From positions 1 to 36,704 of the forward strand of contig BQJX01000001.1 of assembly GCA_021604925.1 (NCBI GenBank): DNA of 36,704 nucleotides, given 5' to 3'. Shown here piece by piece: positions 33,675 through 36,704 of the stretch (its first letter is position 1; each line of letters begins with the position of its first letter). Source of the stretch: Gemmatimonadota bacterium (GTDB lineage Bacteria > ARS69). The notes beneath the pieces were generated by a model. That model worked only from the letters and a program-made list of their open reading frames with translations, had not been told where the DNA came from and did not search any database. A program made the position numbers and the translations under genes.

Positions 33675-34418
33675 CTAGGTAGATCCATCCTCCTTGCCGC
33701 CGGCGTTGTAGATGACCGGCATCCGACCCTGCCAATCGGACCAGACGCCTGCGTCCGTGATGAGGTCCGCCATGAAGTGGGCGACATTGATCCGACTCGT
33801 CACGCCGGCGTCGAAGATGGCGCTGCGAATCGGCGAAGGGTGCAGGCTGTACTCCGACACCGTGTCCTCGTCGACCAGTCCATCCGGACGCACCGCAACC
33901 CACCCGAGCCTGGGATCCTCCTGGCCGACTTTCCGGCGCAGGTAGTCGGCGGCCTGCTCGTTGTCCACGTGCGGCGGCAGCAACAGGCGAAGCAGGACCA
34001 GGACGCTCTTCTGGGCGAACGAGACTTGTTCTTCAAGGTCCCGGTTGCGGTTTCCGGTGGTGTTCATGAGCACGAACTTGGCGGGTAGGTCGCGCTCTTG
34101 CTCTCGTAAGGCCTCGCAGATCCGACGCGTCGCGTCCGTGACCAGTCTTCGAGGCGATCCGTACACGCCCTGGAACGTCAGGTTGTGGCCCAGGCAGGAC
34201 GCGGCGGCACCGCATCCCGACACGAGCTGCGCGATGTCCCGGTCGCTCATCTCGGCGATGCTGCCCTCGATCACGGCCAGGTTCGGGTCACACAGGAGCT
34301 CGTCTCCCAGCCTGGACGGCGTGCGCGCGACCGCCTTCACGCGCTGCCCCCTCCCCAGAAGCTCCCTCACCAGGAGTCGCCCGGTGGCGCCGGTGGCGCC
34401 CACGATCAGGGAAGTCAT
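33675..34418 (-). CDS. NAD(P)-binding (NAD(P)H-binding / atypical SDR) protein
   Basis: ORF 33675..34898. ATG 34418 gives MTSLIVGATGATGRLLVRELLGRGQRVKAVAR (Rossmann motif). The upstream part of the long ORF runs through the repeat and is rejected. Confidence 0.8.
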   Translation of the reverse strand: MTSLIVGATGATGRLLVRELLGRGQRVKAVARTPSRLGDELLCDPNLAVIEGSIAEMSDRDIAQLVSGCGAAASCLGHNLTFQGVYGSPRRLVTDATRRICEALREQERDLPAKFVLMNTTGNRNRDLEEQVSFAQKSVLVLLRLLLPPHVDNEQAADYLRRKVGQEDPRLGWVAVRPDGLVDEDTVSEYSLHPSPIRSAIFDAGVTSRINVAHFMADLITDAGVWSDWQGRMPVIYNAGGKEDGST

Positions 34419-34504
34419 CTTGCCTCTTCGTTCCGGTGGGTGGATGGTCGTCCGTTCGCCGACGATAACACGGAAAGGGAAGAACGTTGGCCGCGCCGCG
34501 GGGC

Positions 34505-34552
34505 GACTTGCATCCGACGATGACCGCGGCGCATACTGGTGCCGCGGCAACC
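34505..34552 (+). repeat. type A core, short copy
   Basis: GACTTGCATCCGACGATGACCGCGGCGCATACTGG-TGCC-GCGGCAACC. TTGCAT 34508-34513 / CATACT 34532-34537 (18-nt spacer). A GTTGGCC box lies upstream of the core at 34486-34492. Confidence 0.5.
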
Positions 34553-34577
34553 ATTCCGAGTCCCAGCAAGGACCCCA

Positions 34578-35162
34578 ATGAACATGGAACCACGGAACGT
34601 CACCTACTTCGAGACGCCACAGGCGTTTCGGGGCTGGCTGGCGAAGAACCATGCGTCTTCCGATGAGCTCTGGGTTGGATACTGGAAGAAGTCGGTCGGG
34701 CAACCGAGTATTGCCTGGGAAGAGTCCGTGGACGAGGCGCTGTGCTTCGGTTGGATCGACGGCATCCGAAAGCGAATCGATGACCGGGCGTTCACGATTC
34801 GTTTCACGCCCAGGCGTGCGAAGAGCATCTGGAGCTCTCGGAACCTGGAGCGGTTCGCGGAACTGTCGGCGGCGGGGCGGGTCTCGGCTGCAGGGCACGC
34901 AGCGTTCCGAAAGCGGGTCGAAGCCCGCTCAGAGGTGTACTCCTATGAGCAGGGGAGCGAGCCCCAGCTGCCGGCAGACTACGTCGCCCGGCTTCGCGAG
35001 AACCGGGCCGGTTGGCTCGACTGGGAGTCGCGACCGCCGGGATACCGACGGCAGGTGGCGCATTGGGTCATGAGCGCCAAGAGGGAGTCGACCCGGGAGC
35101 GTCGGCTGGCTGCCCTGATCGAGGATTCGGCGGCGGGCCGCAAGATAAAGCCACTCCGGTAA
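34578..35162 (+). CDS. YdeI/OmpD-associated family protein (DUF1801-related)
   Basis: In frame with ORF 34539..35162. ATG 34578. FETPQAFRGWLAKNHASSDELWVGYWKK...EALCFGWIDGIRKRIDD...FTPRRAKSIWS...HWVMSAKRESTRERRL. Confidence 0.8.
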   Translation: MNMEPRNVTYFETPQAFRGWLAKNHASSDELWVGYWKKSVGQPSIAWEESVDEALCFGWIDGIRKRIDDRAFTIRFTPRRAKSIWSSRNLERFAELSAAGRVSAAGHAAFRKRVEARSEVYSYEQGSEPQLPADYVARLRENRAGWLDWESRPPGYRRQVAHWVMSAKRESTRERRLAALIEDSAAGRKIKPLR

Positions 35163-35212
35163 CTCCCGGTAGCGGGGGAGGTAGGCGATCCGATGGTCGG
35201 AGGAGTCGCGCG

Positions 35213-35515
35213 ATGACGTTCATGGACTGGTCGGATGCAAACGGCATGTACGGCCTGCTTCTCGACTTCGTCGCCGACGCAAGAATGGACTGCAACGCGG
35301 ACTCGGATCGGGAACGTTTCCTTTCCGAACTGCTGGCCCGGCTGCGGGCCACGGAACGGGAACTTGCGGAGGCCTCGCCGGCCGTCATCATCCGCACGTT
35401 GAGAGAAACCCAGGAGTCGATCGATCCCGAGTTCGCGGGCGATCCGGTCGTGGAGCATCTACGAGACTGCATTGAAGAGATCGAGCGAGTTCAGGGAGAC
35501 GAGCCGGCCAACTAG
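35213..35515 (+). CDS. hypothetical acidic protein
   Basis: In frame with ORF 35012..35515. ATG 35213 lies 7 nt after GGAGGAG. The stop TAG lies inside GGCCAAC-TAG. Confidence 0.55.
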   Translation: MTFMDWSDANGMYGLLLDFVADARMDCNADSDRERFLSELLARLRATERELAEASPAVIIRTLRETQESIDPEFAGDPVVEHLRDCIEEIERVQGDEPAN

Positions 35516-35621
35516 GCGCGGTGGACGCGCACTCCTGCCACACGAGCGTCTCGCCCGCCGCACGCAACTACCGTTTGCCCCGGGTCCGCCGTGCGGCGCA
35601 TACTCCGCAGGTTCGTTGGCC
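35506..35621 (+). repeat. attC-like site, last copy, variant architecture
   Basis: GGCCAAC (35506-35512) and GTTGGCC (35615-35621) are perfect inverted complements. The core is displaced about 60 nt rightwards: CGCAAC-TACC-GTTTGCCC, TTGCCC 35575-35580 / CATACT 35599-35604 (18-nt spacer). Confidence 0.6.
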
Positions 35622-35654
35622 CCGTCACGGATGGAACGAGGAGTGTGAATCGAT

Positions 35655-36140
35655 ATGGTTGAAAAGAAGCGCGCGAAGGTCGCAAAGAAGGCCCCCGCCA
35701 AGCGCGCCGCGGCAAAGGCGTCCGCACCGCGCAAGACGGCACCGAAGGCAAAGCCCGGCAAGGCCGCAGCCAAGTCGTCTTCCAAGGGTGCCGATTGGCG
35801 GCAGAAGACCCTCTCTCGCGTTCGCGAACTCATCAAGAAGGCGGACCCGGATGCAGTCGAGGAAGTGAAGTGGAGGAAACCGTCGAACGCGATGGCGGGG
35901 ATTCCGGTGTGGTCCCGCGATGGGATCCTCTGTACCGGAGAGACCTACAAGGACAAGGTGAAGCTTACCTTTGCCAAGGGTGCCGCCCTCAAGGACCCCG
36001 CCGGCCTTTTCAATTCCAGCCTGGGCGGCAACACGCGACGCGCCATCGATCTTTACGAGGGAGACGAACTCAACGAGAAGGCGTTCACGGCCCTCATCCG
36101 GGCGGCGGCGGTGCACAACGCGTCCGGAAAGAAGAAGTGA
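35655..36140 (+). CDS. DUF1801 domain protein with Lys/Ala/Pro-rich (histone H1-like) N-terminal tail
   Basis: ORF 35655..36140. Residues 1-45 are MVEKKRAKVAKKAPAKRAAAKASAPRKTAPKAKPGKAAAKSSSKG. These are followed by VRELIKKADPDAVEEVKWRKPSN...LTFAKGAAL. Confidence 0.75.
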   Translation: MVEKKRAKVAKKAPAKRAAAKASAPRKTAPKAKPGKAAAKSSSKGADWRQKTLSRVRELIKKADPDAVEEVKWRKPSNAMAGIPVWSRDGILCTGETYKDKVKLTFAKGAALKDPAGLFNSSLGGNTRRAIDLYEGDELNEKAFTALIRAAAVHNASGKKK

Positions 36141-36195
36141 CGGAGGCCGGCTCCGTTGCGATGTTCGCGCGCCACGAGCCGGACTCGCGCTGACG

Positions 36196-36704
36196 GTGGG
36201 CGCCCGAACGGCCTATGGCGCCTACGCCGCCCTGATCCTCGCCGCCTGGATCGGCCTGCACGGCATCTACCGTCCCGAGAACATCGACGACGCCTGGTAC
36301 CTCTCGATGGCGTACTCGCATCTTCACGGCGGAGATCCGGGCGATCCCGTGTTCGGCGGCAACACCGGCGGAGTGCAACTCTTCGGGATGCTGTTCGCAC
36401 ACTTGTGGGGCTGGGGGCTCGATTCGTTCGGCTGGACGAAATCCACGGCGCATCTCATCTCCACCGCCGTGATGCTGGTGGGCGCGGGGTTCTGGTGGGG
36501 AACGTCTCGCCGCCTGCTTCCGGAAAAGGGTGCGGCCGGCGCATTCGTGGCGCTGCTCCTGGTCGCGGAGCCGTTCTTTGCCGCGGCGAACCAGGCGCGA
36601 CCCGATACGCTCACGTTCACCCTCATCGCCGCCACGATGTTCTGCGTCGTGACGGAGAGGTACGTGGTCGCGGGCCTGCTGGCAATGCTCGCGTTCGAGT
36701 CGCA
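36196..36704 (+). CDS. integral membrane protein, 3' partial (runs off the window)
   Basis: Open frame to the right edge, not in the ORF track. Candidate GTG 36196. ...AYGAYAALILAAWIGLHGIYRPENIDDAWYLSMAYS...LISTAVMLVGAGFWW...FVALLLVAEPFF... has several TM helices. Function unknown. Confidence 0.45.
   Translation, partial: MGARTAYGAYAALILAAWIGLHGIYRPENIDDAWYLSMAYSHLHGGDPGDPVFGGNTGGVQLFGMLFAHLWGWGLDSFGWTKSTAHLISTAVMLVGAGFWWGTSRRLLPEKGAAGAFVALLLVAEPFFAAANQARPDTLTFTLIAATMFCVVTERYVVAGLLAMLAFES

Larger units (their letters stand above)
7871..35621 (+). mobile_element. integron-type gene cassette array without a linked integrase (CALIN-like), partly decayed
   Basis: More than 20 same-orientation attC-like repeats or remnants separate short unrelated genes. 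Stop codons are embedded in RYYYAAC-like boxes. Gene content (VOC, GNAT, methyltransferase, toxin-antitoxin, DUFs) is typical of chromosomal integron cassettes. No ORF in the window shows tyrosine-recombinase character. Confidence 0.6.

Noticed and set aside
35163-35212. Mini attC between the YdeI gene and the next ORF (CGGTAAC-TCCCGGTAGCGGGGGAG-GTAGGCG)
   Set aside because: At about 35 bp it is shorter than known functional attC sites, and its end boxes are imperfect. It is more simply a small stem-loop (CTCCCG/CGGGGGAG) in a 50-nt intergenic gap.
8496-35621. The repeats could be a CRISPR array
   Set aside because: Repeat spacing is irregular (about 90 to 4400 bp) and the intervening segments are whole genes. 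The repeats are long imperfect inverted repeats with variable tails, and no cas genes are visible.
7871-35621. The repeats could be MITEs or Correia-like elements rather than attC sites
   Set aside because: This is not fully excluded, since terminal inverted boxes and an internal promoter-like motif are also MITE features. It is less favoured for four reasons: all copies share one orientation, they tile consecutive intergenic gaps in one locus, stop codons sit in the RYYYAAC-like box, and no target-site duplications are apparent. The genome-wide copy distribution is needed to settle it.
8485-35836. Minus-strand ORFs share peptide strings such as QYAPR(G)SSSANPS, RLLQTLVG and AKSQMATLHRTPSPLPI (for example 13116..13349, 10174..10461, 25357..26043, 33675..34898 upstream part, 22930..24528)
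   Set aside because: These strings are translations of the reverse complement of the repeat core and tail. Between copies the similar segments fall in different frames, and indels are not multiples of three (14, 15 and 21 nt). The conservation is therefore at the DNA level, not the protein level.
1-36704. Search for an integron integrase, transposase, tRNA or rRNA in the window
   Set aside because: No ORF in any frame shows tyrosine-recombinase, DDE or serine-recombinase character, and no tRNA- or rRNA-like sequence was recognised by eye. tRNA detection by eye is weak, so tRNAscan or Infernal should confirm this.

Overview
GC-rich bacterial chromosomal fragment with no rRNA, tRNA, CRISPR array, transposase or tyrosine recombinase/integrase recognisable by eye. 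Left part (1-7.9 kb): an ECF sigma / anti-sigma pair on the minus strand, divergent from a secreted beta-helix protein and a secreted TPR-CHAT protein, followed by a GNAT, a lipoprotein and a second GNAT. From about 7.87 kb to 35.62 kb almost every intergenic gap carries a copy or remnant of one repeat family, always in the same orientation. The core consensus is CCAAC-TAG-GGTTTGCAGC-CGACGATCACCGCG-GCGCATACTGG. The best-preserved copies end in GCGGCTG..CAACC..GTTGGCS, which gives an RYYYAAC...GTTRRRY imperfect inverted-repeat architecture of about 60-160 bp. A second, shorter family ends in GCAGCCGAAGCGCAACAC-GTTRGRC. The repeats separate small, unrelated, mostly plus-strand genes (VOC/glyoxalase, GNAT, SAM methyltransferases, DUF1801/YdeI, SnoaL-like, NmrA/SDR, RibD_C/DHFR-like, HigBA, transporters, hypotheticals) and several truncated gene fragments. 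I read this as a sedentary integron-type gene cassette array with no integrase in the window (CALIN-like) and many decaying attC sites. The conserved core also holds a TTGCAG-N17/18-CATACT motif with sigma70-like geometry pointing into each downstream cassette. That may mean each repeat supplies a promoter, which is the most interesting testable idea here. The right edge carries a DUF1801 protein with a Lys/Ala-rich tail and a partial membrane protein. All family assignments come from reading the translations by eye and need HMM or BLAST confirmation.
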